A stretch of 64,000 nucleotides of DNA from Octopus vulgaris (taxonomy: Eukaryota). Within the stretch, counting starts at the first letter, position 1. Each line of letters starts with the position of its first letter. Shown piece by piece: positions 46,569 to 59,357 of the stretch. The DNA is taken from the NCBI GenBank assembly GCA_951406725.2, contig OX597829.1, positions 14,880,001 through 14,944,000 on the forward strand. Direction: 5' to 3'. Made by a program: the position numbers and the translations under genes. The notes beneath the pieces were generated by a model. The model saw only the letters and a list, made by a program, of their open reading frames with translations. It did no database searches and had not been told where the DNA came from.

Positions 46569-47254
46569 TCACACAGGATTTTATATGCAAGATGCTACTA
46601 GTTCCATGCCTCTGAAAACACAATGGTCGGACAAGCTTGTATAGCTTGTCGTGTATTTTCAGGTCATTCAGACTGAGAGTAACGTGACTGTTCTTAGAGA
46701 AAAGGCGAGAAAGAATGGGAAAGATGATTGGAAAAAATAGTAAAAGAAAAATATAGAATGAGAAACACGAGTAAAAAAGAAAAAAAGGAAACACGGTAGT
46801 AAAGGAATTAAGTGATGCGGTGTCTACCAGTTCAATAACCGAGACTTGTCCAGAGGCTTAGATTTAATGAAAATTTTAGATCTGTAATTTGTAGATTGGT
46901 AGAGTTCTTAGATCTACAACGGATATGAGATCTTTCGGATAGACAAAGCCTGCTTCTCTTTGTTACATTAACACTTGACGTTGATGGTTCTACGGTGCTT
47001 CACTTGATGCTGTGTGTTGTATTGTCAGACACTTCTCCTAGAACAGCTATGTGGTACTTAAAATCTGAAAAACTGCCTGAAAATACACGGTAAACTAATG
47101 CAAGCTTCTCAACATCGTATTTTCTGAGGCTCTAAAAGTAATAATAGATTTATGTATTTAAATATGATCTACCATTAGACAACATTTAAATTTCCCTGGA
47201 TGGCATTGCTTTTTGCTGATCAGTTCATTAACGGTACAGTACATTGTATAAAAA

Positions 47255-47485
47255 GGTGGCGAGCTGGCAGAAACGTTAGCATGCCGGGCGAAATTCTTCG
47301 CAGTATTTCGTCTCCCGTTACGTTTTGAGTACAAATTCCGCCGAGGTCGACTTTGCCTTTCATACTTTCGGGGTCGATTACATAAGTACCAGTTACGCAC
47401 TGGGGTCGATATAATCGGGTTAATCCGTTTGTCTGTCCTTGTTTGTCCTCTCTGTGTTTAGCCCTTTGTGGGTAGTAAAGAAATA
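47255..47485 (+). mobile_element. SINE family A, with 19-bp TSD
   Basis: TSD ggtacagtacattgtataa at 47233-47251 and 47486-47504. Older degenerate copies lie near 10890-11035, 11735-11937, 12420-12620, 12820-13030, 22825-23015 and 35908-36030. Confidence 0.9.
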
Positions 47486-47704
47486 GGTACAGTACATTGT
47501 ATAAGGAAAGAATACCTTATATAATTCTGTGTGTACGTGTGTATGGCTGTGTTGTAGAAAGCTTGTTTCCAGCCCCATGATTTCGGATTCAGTTACACTT
47601 CGTGGTACCTTTGATAAGTGTCTTCTACTATAGCCCAGAAACTGAAAGAAGCCCATTTCATATATATCTATATATATACATGTGTGTGTTTGTGTGTGTG
47701 TGTG

Positions 47705-49320
47705 TGTAGAGAGAGGTTGAAGAGGAACACAGGAGTTGATATGTATAAGGAAAATAAGGCAAAGTAGAAAATGCTAAAATAATTTTATCATGAAGAATAT
47801 TTTAGTAGCGGTTTCAGTCTTTGCGACTTTTTCAACTAAGAGTAAAGCATGAAAAAGAATTAAATTGTGAAAAAATTGAAGGAAGTATTTTTTTTAAATA
47901 TTTCCATAGCTTTCAAATGCAAGGGACATTTTCCTTTTTTCTGTGTCTCTGTATCTCATTTTTTTACTCTTGTAAGGGCCTGGTAGGAAGTAGCAGGTAG
48001 TAGCAGTCCAAATATTTTATATGAATTCTTAGTTTTCATTGTTTAAGCCGCAGTATTAGCTGCGGAAGGAGGCGGGAATGAAAAAGAAGAGGAAGAAGAA
48101 GGAGAAAGAGGAGAAGAAAAAAAGGATGAGGAGGAGGAGAAGAAGCAGAAGTAGTAGTAGAAGAAGAAGAAGAAGGGGAGAAGGAAAAGAAGAGATAGAA
48201 TAATAAAAATGCGGGGGTGATATATAACTCTTTGCTAATGCACTGATTACAGATTGCGTCGTCCCTGAACTTATAGAGAGGAAAACGTCTGAAGTTGGGT
48301 CGTTTGTTAGTGGCGTAAATGTCGATGTGTTCACTGAATGGCATTTTTCTGTATTCCCGAATTTTGATCTGGTATCTATGGAGGAACATTCTTTGACGTA
48401 GACTCTTTTTGGTTTGGCCTATATATTGCTCTCGACACCAGAGCAAGCTAATACATATATTACGTTCTCTGAATCACATGTGAAGTTTTTCACTGTAAAA
48501 CGTTGATCCCGTTTGAAAGAAAACTTCAATCCCTCAACTAGGTTGACGCATATACTATAGTTAGGTCTTCTGCATTTTTTACTGATGGCTTCAGTGTTGT
48601 TGTCGAGCATACTTGGGCTTATGTTAGGAAACCGTTCATAGATTTGGATTGTCTTTTGTTCTTTATGATGGTGTGCATTTGGATGATTAAATGCATTCTG
48701 TGGTCCCTTTTTAGTAAGGGAATGTTCGGGAGGATGGTGTCGAACGCTTCATTGTTAAGAGGGTTGTGTATGGAGATGTATGGTAGGGCTTTTGGTTGTA
48801 AATCCTTCTTTAGTTTGGTATGCCTGAGTTCGTCGATGTTGAGTTGTACGGCACTCTGAAAGCCTATATCAATTAGTGATGGTGGGTAGTTCCTGGTAAT
48901 GAGTGTATCCTTTAGTTCATGTAGTCGTTTGTCCCTGGTGCTTGCATTAGAAACTATAGTACAAATCCTTTTGCTAGGTTGAAAGTGATATTCATTCTAG
49001 TGTGTCTGGGGTAGTATGAGTTGAACGGTAGATATTGCTTGGAGTCTGTGGGTTTATAGTATATATCTGTTTCTATTTCGTTGTTAGATTTCTATATGAG
49101 GATGTCGAGGAAGGGCAGTTGTAGCTGGCTATATCCCATCGTAAATTGAATGTTTACATCATGTCCATTTAGAAGTGCTTGAAATTTTTTAAGTCTCTCT
49201 ATACCTTCATGTCAAAGAATGAAACAGTCACCCAGATACCCCTTCCATTTATTTTTTATGTAGAGGGAGAATGGGTAAGTGTACTTTTCTAGTACCTTAC
49301 GATAAAGGCTATCCACCAAT
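47705..49320 (-). mobile_element. Penelope-like element: RT C-terminal half, GIY-YIG endonuclease and 3' pLTR
   Basis: YLGDCFIL (RT YxDD region), LPFLDILI, TDIYYKPTDSKQYL, RICTIVS, FTCDSENVIYVLAC, YIGQTKKSLRQRM; stops and frameshifts present. Confidence 0.92.
47802..47839 (-). ncRNA. Minimal hammerhead motif, U3:A8 variant, in the pLTR of the Penelope element
   Basis: ttag-TTGAAAA-agtc gcaaa gact-GAAA-ccgc-TA-ctaa. Confidence 0.65.
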
Positions 49321-49366
49321 GCGGTGTTGAGCACTCAATTTCCTCGCTTGACATTTACACACACAC

Positions 49367-49406
<40 letters not shown>

Positions 49407-49407
49407 C

Positions 49408-51130
49408 TGTGCGAGAGTACGACGCCCTTGGCGAAAATGGACTTGAATACTACATATATATATAGTAGCGGTCTGGGTAAGTGAGGTAATTTGTGCTAGT
49501 TACACAGTTCATTTATTTGATAGTTCAAAGCTTACAGTTCGAGTAAGCGTGTTGGATTGTCGGTTCGTAAAAGATTGTTGTTTACGTTACATGTGGTTAC
49601 TGTCGTTTGTTTCGATCGTGTTGCCGTGTATTCGTTTATCCGGCGACGAAAATCGTGCGAAACTCACATTGGTTATTTGACAATTTCTGCGTCATGGAAA
49701 ACCTATTAGCCGCAGTAGTACTGCTTCAAGAGAAACAACAGGAAGAACTACAGGAGTTGCAAAAACAAATATAATAGCAACAACAAGAACAATTAACTGA
49801 ATTACTGTCGACGAATTCCGAAAATCCAGTAAGCTCGTTTACGCCAGACGGTATGACTAACTCAATATCTTAATTTACGTATAATCCGGAGGAAGGTGTT
49901 ACGTTTCCCGCGTATAATACAAGACACGAGGAATTTTTTAACAAATAGTACAAGTCACGGTCGGAGGAGCAGAAATTAAGGCTTTTACTACGCAAGGTAG
50001 CTCCAGCCGAACATGAGAGTTAATGTAACTTTATTCTACCCCAAAATTCAAGTGAGATTAGTTTCCAAGAAACTGTTAAAACTGCTTCGAAAATTTTTTG
50101 TGATAGAAGTTCATTATTCAACACCAGAATGGAATGTTGGAATTAACAAGACATGAGGAAGAGAATTTTTACCACCTAAGCCGTATTAGTCAACCGTATA
50201 TGCGAAAATGTCAAACTCCAGGATGCCATTCAGTATATGTTCAATTCACTTATCTTCGTGCACGGACTTATAGTTCCTGAAGACAGAGAAATTCAGGTAA
50301 GGATTTTCTCGAAAATGGAGCAAGCGAATCAGAAGAATGTTAGACTATGGTAAATCTTAAGCATGATGTGAAAAAAATACAAGATAAAGACTCTACAAAA
50401 ATTCAAATGTGTCTTCCCTGGAAGGACAATAAAAAAGTGTCGGGCCGCAAGATGTGTCATAGAAGCATACTCCACAAAAATGATTGTCCGTTTAAAAATA
50501 AAAGGTGATATAGTCGTCAGAGGCTGGGACACAGGAGTTCTCATTGTAGAACAAGAATACAAGGCTCAAACACAAAATGTTCTAAGGTGTTTTCAGAGGA
50601 GAATGATTGCGATGGGAAAACAAGAAACTTCACGCACGTAAAAATAAATGATGTGAATACCAAATTACAGTTAGACACAGGTAGTGACATCTCAGTTATA
50701 AACGCGGATACATGGAAACAATTGATAAGCCATGATTACGTAAAACAGGGAAAATAGTGCATGGTGTAACGGGCGATAAATTACATTCCATTGTCAAAAC
50801 ATGTATCGACGTCACATTTCGAAGAGAAACACGCGAAGCAAACTTATTCATTGGAACACGAAATCTCAAAAGAAGAGATGTTGTGCGAGAATACGACTCT
50901 CCCTGGCGAGAATGGACTGAACCACTCCATGTAAATAGCAGCGGGTTGAGTAAGTGAGGTAGATCGTGTTAGTTCCACATTTCGTGTGTTTGTTAGTTCA
51001 AAGTTTAGAGTTCGAGTTAGCGTGTTGGATTGTTGGTCCTTAAACGATTGTTGTTACGTGAGGTTATTGCCGTTTTGTTTCGATTATATGTTATTACACT
51101 GCTGCAGTGTATTCGTGTATCAATAAGGGT

Positions 51131-51136
<6 letters not shown>
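49408..51136 (+). mobile_element. Internally deleted Gypsy-type LTR retrotransposon
   Basis: Diverged LTRs at about 49408-49640 and 50882-51136 (TGT...ACA). PBS-like cggcgacga at 49641; gag from 49694 (FTYNPEEGVTF...LRLLLRK...EHE...ILP); protease LDTGSDIS at 50671; PPT at 50868-50878. No RT or integrase. Confidence 0.85.
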
Positions 51137-51208
<72 letters not shown>

Positions 51209-51370
51209 GGGAGAGTTTACGAAAAAACAACAAAAGGCGAAGACAGGTGGTGTACAAAACAAACAGATGTATTAGTATAACGCTGAGGAATAGAAAAAGT
51301 ATTTTACGTTTCGAGCCTACGCTCTTCTACAGAAAGGGACACAGAAAGAAACAAGGAGAGAAAGAAATGT

Positions 51371-51425
<55 letters not shown>

Positions 51426-52189
51426 CACAAACAGTATTAAGGATTCGTGAGAGGATCCGTTACTTAAATGAAAGGCAGCAGGTTGGGTCGAATTAAAATG
51501 TAAACACCACTTTTAGTCGAACAAATATTTCACTGGATGTACTGAAGTACATCCAGTGAAATATTCAGGTTATGCCTACAGAGAATTTAACCCTTACGAG
51601 TATTTAATGCCATGGCACTGATCCAAAGCACACATTGCATCGGTCGCTCAGTGTTTGATGCACTTCAGGATTGTAAACAAATAAATAAATATCAAACAAT
51701 GGATAAATGTCAGTTTATTACAACTGTTTCTAACACATTTTTAATAGATGTATGAGTAAATTACTTCACAAAAAAAAAAAACGCTTTTGATCAGATGATA
51801 CATAGAATTTCAAACACGAGAAGAACAATTCATAAACAGTGGGAACACACCGACTCCAGCCCAAGCTGGCCTGAATGAGATAACAGAAGTGTAGCTATAA
51901 TTATCATTAAAAGAGCTTAATTCCTTAATATGCTGTTGAATTTATAAATAGTCTCTAACTATTTCCTTTTTTCTCACTAGACCGCTGGTAGCAAAATAAT
52001 TTCTGCTGAATTTTTTGCTACCCTATATTGATTAATTATGAATTTTCTGTTTAATTCCGAAATGGAATCGGCAGCTTATATTTGCTGCCGATAAATTGGC
52101 GCGAGTACGATGATTTTGAAAATTTTAGGTTAGATATTGCCGAAGCGGTAGTGGTGCTGCCTCGTGTAAATATCTCTCCCTCCTGGCTT

Positions 52190-52291
52190 ACTTTACTGAT
52201 GAATCTGTTGGCCTATGGAAGATTAGCTTGATTTAATTTAATCAGGCTGATTTACCATTAAAAAACGATGAAACAATGCATTGTATAAAGT
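52190..52291 (+). ncRNA. Type I hammerhead ribozyme, canonical core, extended stem II
   Basis: acttta-CTGATGA-atc...gat-GAAA-caatgcattg-TA-taaagt: 6-bp stem I, long stem II, palindromic stem III, GUA cleavage site (predicted cut after 52285). Confidence 0.85.
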
Positions 52292-52519
52292 GAAACAGGG
52301 TAAATGTTTTTTAATTTTCTGTTATTTCTAGTGGGTTGAACGGCCTATTATGGCCGTTCCTTAATTTGCTGTTGAATTTATAAATAGTCTCTGACTATTT
52401 CCTTTTTTCTCACTAGACCGCTGGTAGCAAAATAATTTCTGCTGAATTTTTTGCTACCCTATATTGATTAATTATATATATATATATATATACACACATA
52501 CATACGTGTATCTATGTAT

Positions 52520-52903
52520 ACTCTTTTCTCTCTTTTACTTGTTTCAGTCATTCGACCGTGGCCGGCCATGCTGGAGCACCGCCTTTAGTCGAGCAAATCG
52601 ACTCCAGGACTTATTCTTTTGTAAGCCTAGTACTTATTCTATCGGTCTCTTTTGCCGAACCGCTAAGTTACGGGGACGTAAACACACCACCATCGGTTGT
52701 CAAGCGATGTTGGTGGGGGGACAAACACAGACACAGAAACATATACACATATACATATGTATATCATATATACGACGGATCTCTTTCAGTTTCCGTCTAC
52801 CAAATCCACTCACAAGGCTTTGGTCGGCGCGAGGCTATAGTAGAAGACTGAACCCAGAACCATGTGGTTCGTAAGCAAGCTACTTACAGCACAGCCACTC
52901 CTG
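52520..52903 (-). mobile_element. SINE family B with internal deletion
   Basis: Reverse complement of the family B head and tail. Further partial copies near 1425-1620, 17128-17280, 18657-19010, 40575-40770, 47540-47700, 58360-58790 and 58950-59170. Confidence 0.88.
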
Positions 52904-52904
52904 T

Positions 52905-54240
52905 ATGTATTCAAAATAAAACGAAGGAATATTTACATTTGTATCTCAGCAGCTACCGGTTTCGATTATTTTAAAAAGACGTGCTATTCATGCTGATATT
53001 AAATTAAACATAATTCAGACGAATAAAATATAAATTATACGAACCATCCATAACATCGTTTCTGGAATTTCACGCGTTTTTCTTATAAAAACCCCCACAA
53101 GGTGGTGTATTTAATTTTCTTCTGTTGCTGGGCTGTTTACTGCTGTAACAACCAGCTGTTAGTGGTAGTAGATGGAACAGCAGCAGCTAGATTTCTCACT
53201 GGCAATAATACTTGTCCATTTAGCTATTAGCAGTCATTGTAGTGACTTTAACAAAGGATGCAGTTGTGTTGGCGGTGGTTATCTCCCTTGCTCATCCACA
53301 AGAATTTCTACGCGGTTGGTATTTGTTATGAAGCATATTTCTTTTCTACGCTTTGTCATTAAGCCATACTATTGCTAAATTGAGATGGAGTGAAAATCAT
53401 AAAATTCTGTTATTTCTTGCCTGCACACGCGTCTCTTTGTCCACTAACTCCTAGTTGCCTGTATTCCTGCATTTAATTTTCGATCTACACAGAATCATGT
53501 GTTGACGTAAAACGTTTTTCATCTGTCCAATGTAATGTTTCTCATATTCAACGCGTGTTATCGCATAGATTAGGTTTTCAGATGCACAGGTAAAGTTATT
53601 TTGTATTGTAAAGAGTTTGACTTGTTTGAAATGGATATCTGATCCCGCTGTCAGATGAAATCATATACCTAAGTTGGGTCCTCAGTATTTTTACTGCTGG
53701 TTTTTGTTATTATTAGATGAAGTATTTTTTCATCGATTTTGTTTTTTATTGGTAGTCTTTTGATCTCTATGATGGTATGTGTTTGGGGGATTTGATTCAG
53801 ACTGGTTCTTTCTACATTAGCGATGTGTTATTGCATATGATCTTGCAGGCCCCATTGTTTTGAGGGTCTTATGTGGGAATTATATGGTAGAACTTACAAT
53901 TTCAATTTATTTCTTTGTTTTGTTTGTCTTAGATCCTAGATATTGAATTTCTGGGCTCGTTGTATTCTATTATTGGTTTAGGCTTGTGGGAAAATTCTAA
54001 GAATTGTAAACTGAAGTTCTTGGAGTGTTATGTCACGGATCCTTGTATCAGATACTATTGTAGAAATCCTTTTGAGGGGCATTCAGTTTTGTGTCTCGGG
54101 AGGCATGAACGAAAGATATTCTTTGGGCTTCGACAGCTTATAGTAAATGTTAGGATCTATTTAGTTGCTGACTTTCTTTATAATGATGTCTAAAATATGA
54201 GAGTTGTTCATGGCTATATTTCATGGTGAACTGAATATTC
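52905..54240 (-). mobile_element. Second, older Penelope-like element of the same type
   Basis: NIYYKL..KEYL, KRISTIVSDTRIRDITLQELQ; collinear with the 47.7-49.3 kb element. Confidence 0.75.
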
Positions 54241-54654
54241 AAAACCTACATACACACAGGTTAATGATATAGTGTACATATCTCTAAACAGTTAATGAAT
54301 ATGCGTATATTCACCCATGCCTGTGTATCCGAAATACTCTTCTTTACGAAAAGTTACCCACACACATGGATAATATACATTTGCATGTCTATTTATAAGT
54401 CTGGGAATATAAATATATATATATATATATATTTTAAACGCAACTTATGTTGAAAGTTAACAATCAAAGTTTGCTTTAGAAGCGTTGAGATGTATTGAAA
54501 TACAGATGATATAATTTTATTTTCAAGGCCGCCGACAGATTTTTCTGCAAAATATGGATAGTTTATCCTGTTCATGCTGTTATTAGCATTATCCTGCGTT
54601 TGAGAATAGAATTATTTCCTCATCTGTAGATATAAATATATATATATATATATG

Positions 54655-54769
<115 letters not shown>

Positions 54770-55099
54770 TGTGTGTTGTGTGTGTTTGTGTTGTGTATGC
54801 GCGTGGTTGTGTGTGTGTGTGTGTGTTTGTGTTGTGTGTGTGTGAGTTTGTGTGTGTGTAAGATGAGGTGTTAGGTTTTTTTGCACTTACGATCGCGAGA
54901 TCGTAGTTTCGATTCTAAGTGAGGAGCATTTTGTTCTTGTACATTTCTCACTACTTCAGTTCACTCAGCTGTAATTGGACATTCCTGCGTGGTCGGGCAT
55001 CTGGTATATCTCGTATAGGGGAGTCTTCGGTTTGCCAACTTAGCCAGTACGGTGGCATCAATCAAAAGCTACAACAATGCGTGGAAGCACATAATGACC

Positions 55100-55530
55100 A
55101 TCAGTATTTAATTGTACTTGTACTTGTGGCGAGATTCACCCTGAGCGGGTTGAGTCGGCTTCTTCTACCACCCTCGAGGCATCTCGAACCATGGCAGTGG
55201 AAGAAGTTTCGTGGGAATATGAATTTCACAACAATCCCGCATGTAGAGACATCCTGTTTGCCGCAGATTGTCCGCAGACGCAGGGACAGAACGACCGAGG
55301 AGCCGCCGGTTGCCGAAACAGACACTCCGAGGATTTTCACCAGAGCCCCGACTGCCAGGTTGTGGCCCTAATACCACCCGGTATCCGCCTTGGGTGGTCC
55401 TACCAGGAACCGAAGCTCCCGACGGCATAGCTCTGACTACCTGTTCCAACGTTCCGACCATGGTGAGGAGGGGATGGACTTTGGGGATCATCGGTGTATT
55501 ACAACATCCAATAATTTGAACCGTGTTCAT
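55100..55530 (-). mobile_element. GC-rich non-coding retroposon with RTE-like 5'-UTR motif and (TACAAG)n tail
   Basis: Minus strand reads agagctatgccgtcgggagcttcggttcctggtaggaccaccca and ends acaagtacaagtacaa. Confidence 0.5.
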
Positions 55531-55543
55531 GTTAAGATAATTA

Positions 55544-56090
55544 TTGATTGATTTGATTGATTGATTGATTCTAGTTTCAGCTTATGAGCTGTGGCCATGC
55601 TGGGGCACCGCCATTTGGTGTTGCTACTTGGTTTCACTTCATGAAGGCTTTCTAGCAACTGCTATTTGGTGCATGAGAGAGTTCGATGCAGCTGCCCTCA
55701 TCTGCCCCTCCTGCCGTGAAGTTGGTTCATCTGGGACACCTGACAGGAAGAGATCCAGCTTCATTTTAAAGACATCTGTATCCACCCCATGCAGGTCTCT
55801 CAGGTTCTTCGGGAGGATATTGAAGAGCTGTGGGCCTCGGAAGCCCAGGCTATCACAGAATCTTGTCCTACATCTTGATGGCAAGTTTGGAGTCCTAGGC
55901 ACCACGCAGTGGCGCCCAGCTCTGGCATTTGCGTAACTCTCGATGCCAAAGTTCAGGACACTTCCCTCCAGGATCTTCCAGATGTATATTATGGCATATC
56001 TTTCCCGCCTACGCTCCAGGGAATATAATTTTAATCTCTTGAGTCTTTCCCAGTAGCTTACATTCTGCATAGAGGCTATCTTCGTGTAGC
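55544..56090 (-). mobile_element. CR1-group LINE 3' end with (ATCA)n tail
   Basis: SYWERLKRLKLYSLERRRERYAIIYIWKILEG...GPQLFNILP...FKMKLDLFL..VPDEP; a tail-only copy lies at 14509-14568. Confidence 0.88.
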
Positions 56091-57359
56091 TACGAAATTA
56101 CACACGAAATTATAAACTTTAGAGGGAAATAGTTCTTTATTCTAACTTCATTAATTCCCCTAGATTTGATATTCTAAAATATCTTATATAACAATGTCTG
56201 CTTAAAATTTACTATATAGTTTTCAGTTCGTATCCAAATTTCATATCCAAAGTTCATATCCAAATATTCACAATTCAGCTTCTGTATGTTCCTGTTGTAT
56301 TAGCCATCTTTTATGCTTGATGAAACTAAAGTATGTCCAGAATCTTTGTATCTGTATTTATGGCAAATATTTGTATAGTGAGAATGCTGCTGTACAACCA
56401 GGCTGTGAATCAGCTCTATAGGTGTTTCGGCCTCTTCCCTCCGCCCCACCGTGGTGCCCATCGATGTAGACCAAAACTCCAACACAACAACATGACCATT
56501 TTTGTGTTAGGTATTTCTATCATCTTCAGTGATCGTTCTTGCTGCAGAACTCGTCCTCTTGAGCAAGATGGGATAGTTGCTTTTTCAGCGGCCTACAATT
56601 ATCTGACATCTTTTATCTACTCCGCAGTTAGTCCAAAACACTTGAGTGTTAAGTGAATCCTAGTTACAGCAAATTCCCAAAAACCTATCTCTAGAGGAGA
56701 GCATATTTCTTTCCATCCGCCTTTTTTATGATAAGCTATAAGGATGTGGGAATAGATTTTGGATAAGCTATAAGGATGTGGGAAACTTTGCTTGTTATTT
56801 CTGGTAGATCTCTGAAATTCGCCATCTTTTGATAATGTAAATTGTTCGTGCAAGATGTGTCATCGTTATAAAATGTTTGCTTTCGTTGAGAGTAAATCGG
56901 TAGTTTTTATAAGTCACACACTTAAATCTATTTTTTTCTGTTTTTTTTTCCGATATCAATTACCTTATCGACTTTACTTCAAAATCTTCATTTATTTACT
57001 GAGCGAAATCACCAGTTAAATTCTAAAGAATGACCTCATTTTATTTTGTTTGCATTAGAAAAAATAAGAACAGCAATAAAAACTTGGTTTAATGAATTAT
57101 AGAAAAATTCTTCTTAATGTTTTATTTTAAATATCTCACAAAGACAGAATCTCTAGTAAGGTGGAGAGAATAACAGATGACCTGACAAGAGGTTTGAAAT
57201 ATATATTCAATCATCGGTAAAATGAAGTGTTTGTGGCCAAGAAAACTCAATTCTCAAATGACTTCACAGTAAATAATAAAACGATGCAAAATTAATTAGC
57301 CACGCTCAGTGATGCAACATAACACTTATATATATCTTATATATAAATATCTTATAATG

Positions 57360-58050
57360 AGTCCATCCATCTTCTACACCCACAATTCCTGGGAAAATTA
57401 AACGGTAGAGTCCTCGGGAACTGCTTATCAGAAACAACCGTCATTATAATTTCCGGCTGGATTCTTGAGCGTGACCAACCGTTTCGTTCTTGGTCTTCTC
57501 CTAGGTCTCCTGTCGTCTGACTTAGCGTAAAGAATCTGTCTAGCGATTCTTACCTGTGACATTCTAATCACATATCTGTAGTAAGGGAGCTGGGACCTCC
57601 CGATGCGGAGAGGTATCACCTCGACATAGAGAGATTCCTTGAAACTATTGACGTTATCCAACCATCTTATTCCTCTCAGTCTCCTATCAGTTGGCTCGGC
57701 TTCAAGAACCAGAGCTGTGACTTCTCAATGCGAAGTAGTAATGGCTCGACATCGATAGACTCCCTAATCTCCGAGCTATGCAACCTCTCGAATAATGATA
57801 CTCTAGGGACTCATCAGAAGATTCATCTTTCGGTTTCTTGCATTCGCAATCACACGCTATCGGTCCTTACTCTACAATCATGACCATGCATGAGGATAGG
57901 CACGAAAACCGAATTAGTTTGGCTTTGCTTTTTTTTTCTACGTTTACCAAACTCTCCTCTTCATAGGACCAAATGCTGACGCTGAGGCATTACTATGCGA
58001 GCACATGCAATTCCATGACGGAAGGTCCACTGATCTTCAGCTAGCTGGGG
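57360..58050 (-). mobile_element. RTE LINE 3' fragment
   Basis: LRIGRSQL.YY.YVIRMSQVRIARQILYAK...RRPRRRPRT; (GGAT)n tail. Confidence 0.8.
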
Positions 58051-58544
58051 CATGACAATCTTCTTACAACCATTTCCTAGATATCTAGCGAAGACTAAAC
58101 TGAGCGGCTCAACAAAGAGATTCCTCCATAATTTGAATTTTTTGTCGTTTCCCTTCTTTGAAATTGGAATTACACTCTTGGATCGTTATTGCATTGTTTT
58201 CCTAGTGAAAGCTCTGAGGCCCATCCCAAGGGAAGACTGTGGGGTTAAATTGAACTCTGACTTTACGACTGACCATTAAAGAATTTTGGCAGACCATCCG
58301 GCGACTTCGTGACAAGAATTCCTCTCCCACACATACCGTTAAGAGTTTGCATAGGGTCTTTCTCTCTACTGCAGCCATGTTGATGTACAACTTTGAAGGG
58401 TTTTTAATTAAACGAATCTGCCCCAGGAATTATTTTTACTTTTGTTATGGGTTTGGTATTTAATATATTGGATACTGATTACCGAACCGGTAAGTTACGT
58501 AAACAAATCAACGTCGTTTTTAGAGCGGTTATGGAGGACTCCTC

Positions 58545-58587
<43 letters not shown>

Positions 58588-58601
58588 TATATCTATATAC
58601 G

Positions 58602-58634
<33 letters not shown>

Positions 58635-58903
58635 AAATATATATATATATGGTCGGCTTCTATCAGTTGCCCTCAACTTAACCCATTCAAAAGGATTTGG
58701 TTGACTTGGATGTATAGTAGAATAACTTTGCCCAAGGTACCCAGGTGGTTTGGAAACAAACTGCTTATCACACAAACTCTTTATTCGAAATAAATATATA
58801 CTTGATATAACATTGTACATCGTTGGTGATTCTACACTTATATCCCAGATATGTTCTGTATTAGCCTTCAAAAGATTTTTCACGCTTCTAAAGATGGATT
58901 TTG

Positions 58904-58950
<47 letters not shown>

Positions 58951-59357
58951 TCTGTGTGTGTATGCCTTTGTGTCTGTATTTGTTCCACTATCAGTTGGTG
59001 TGTTTACGTCCCCCCGTGACTTGACGGCTCGATAAATGAGACTGACAGAATAAGTACCATGCTTTAATAAAGTAAGTTCTGGGGTCGACTTGTTCGATTA
59101 AAATCCCTTCAAGGCGCTGCCCCAGCGTGGCCATGGTCAGATGAGTGAAACAAGTAAAAGATAAAAGAATTGGAAAAGGTTAACCACGATTTTCATCATG
59201 TTTTAGGAACATAATTACTTTGTAATTAATAGGTTACTTATTACTAATCAGTAGTTATTCCTTGATATTCGATGACCGGATGACAATTACTCAGGATACC
59301 CCAATGCCATTTGCAGTTTTGTTTAATCAATGCCTTAACAACTTCGGGTTATCTCTC

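Noticed and set aside
46575-46672. Hammerhead with a long stem II on the minus strand
   Set aside because: The long hairpin and actagt palindrome are present, but the core (CTGAATG/GGAA) and stem I are broken. Similarly weak candidates at about 7820-7860, 9920-9953, 18040-18075, 39645-39670, 40965-41005 and 61925-61990 were not counted.
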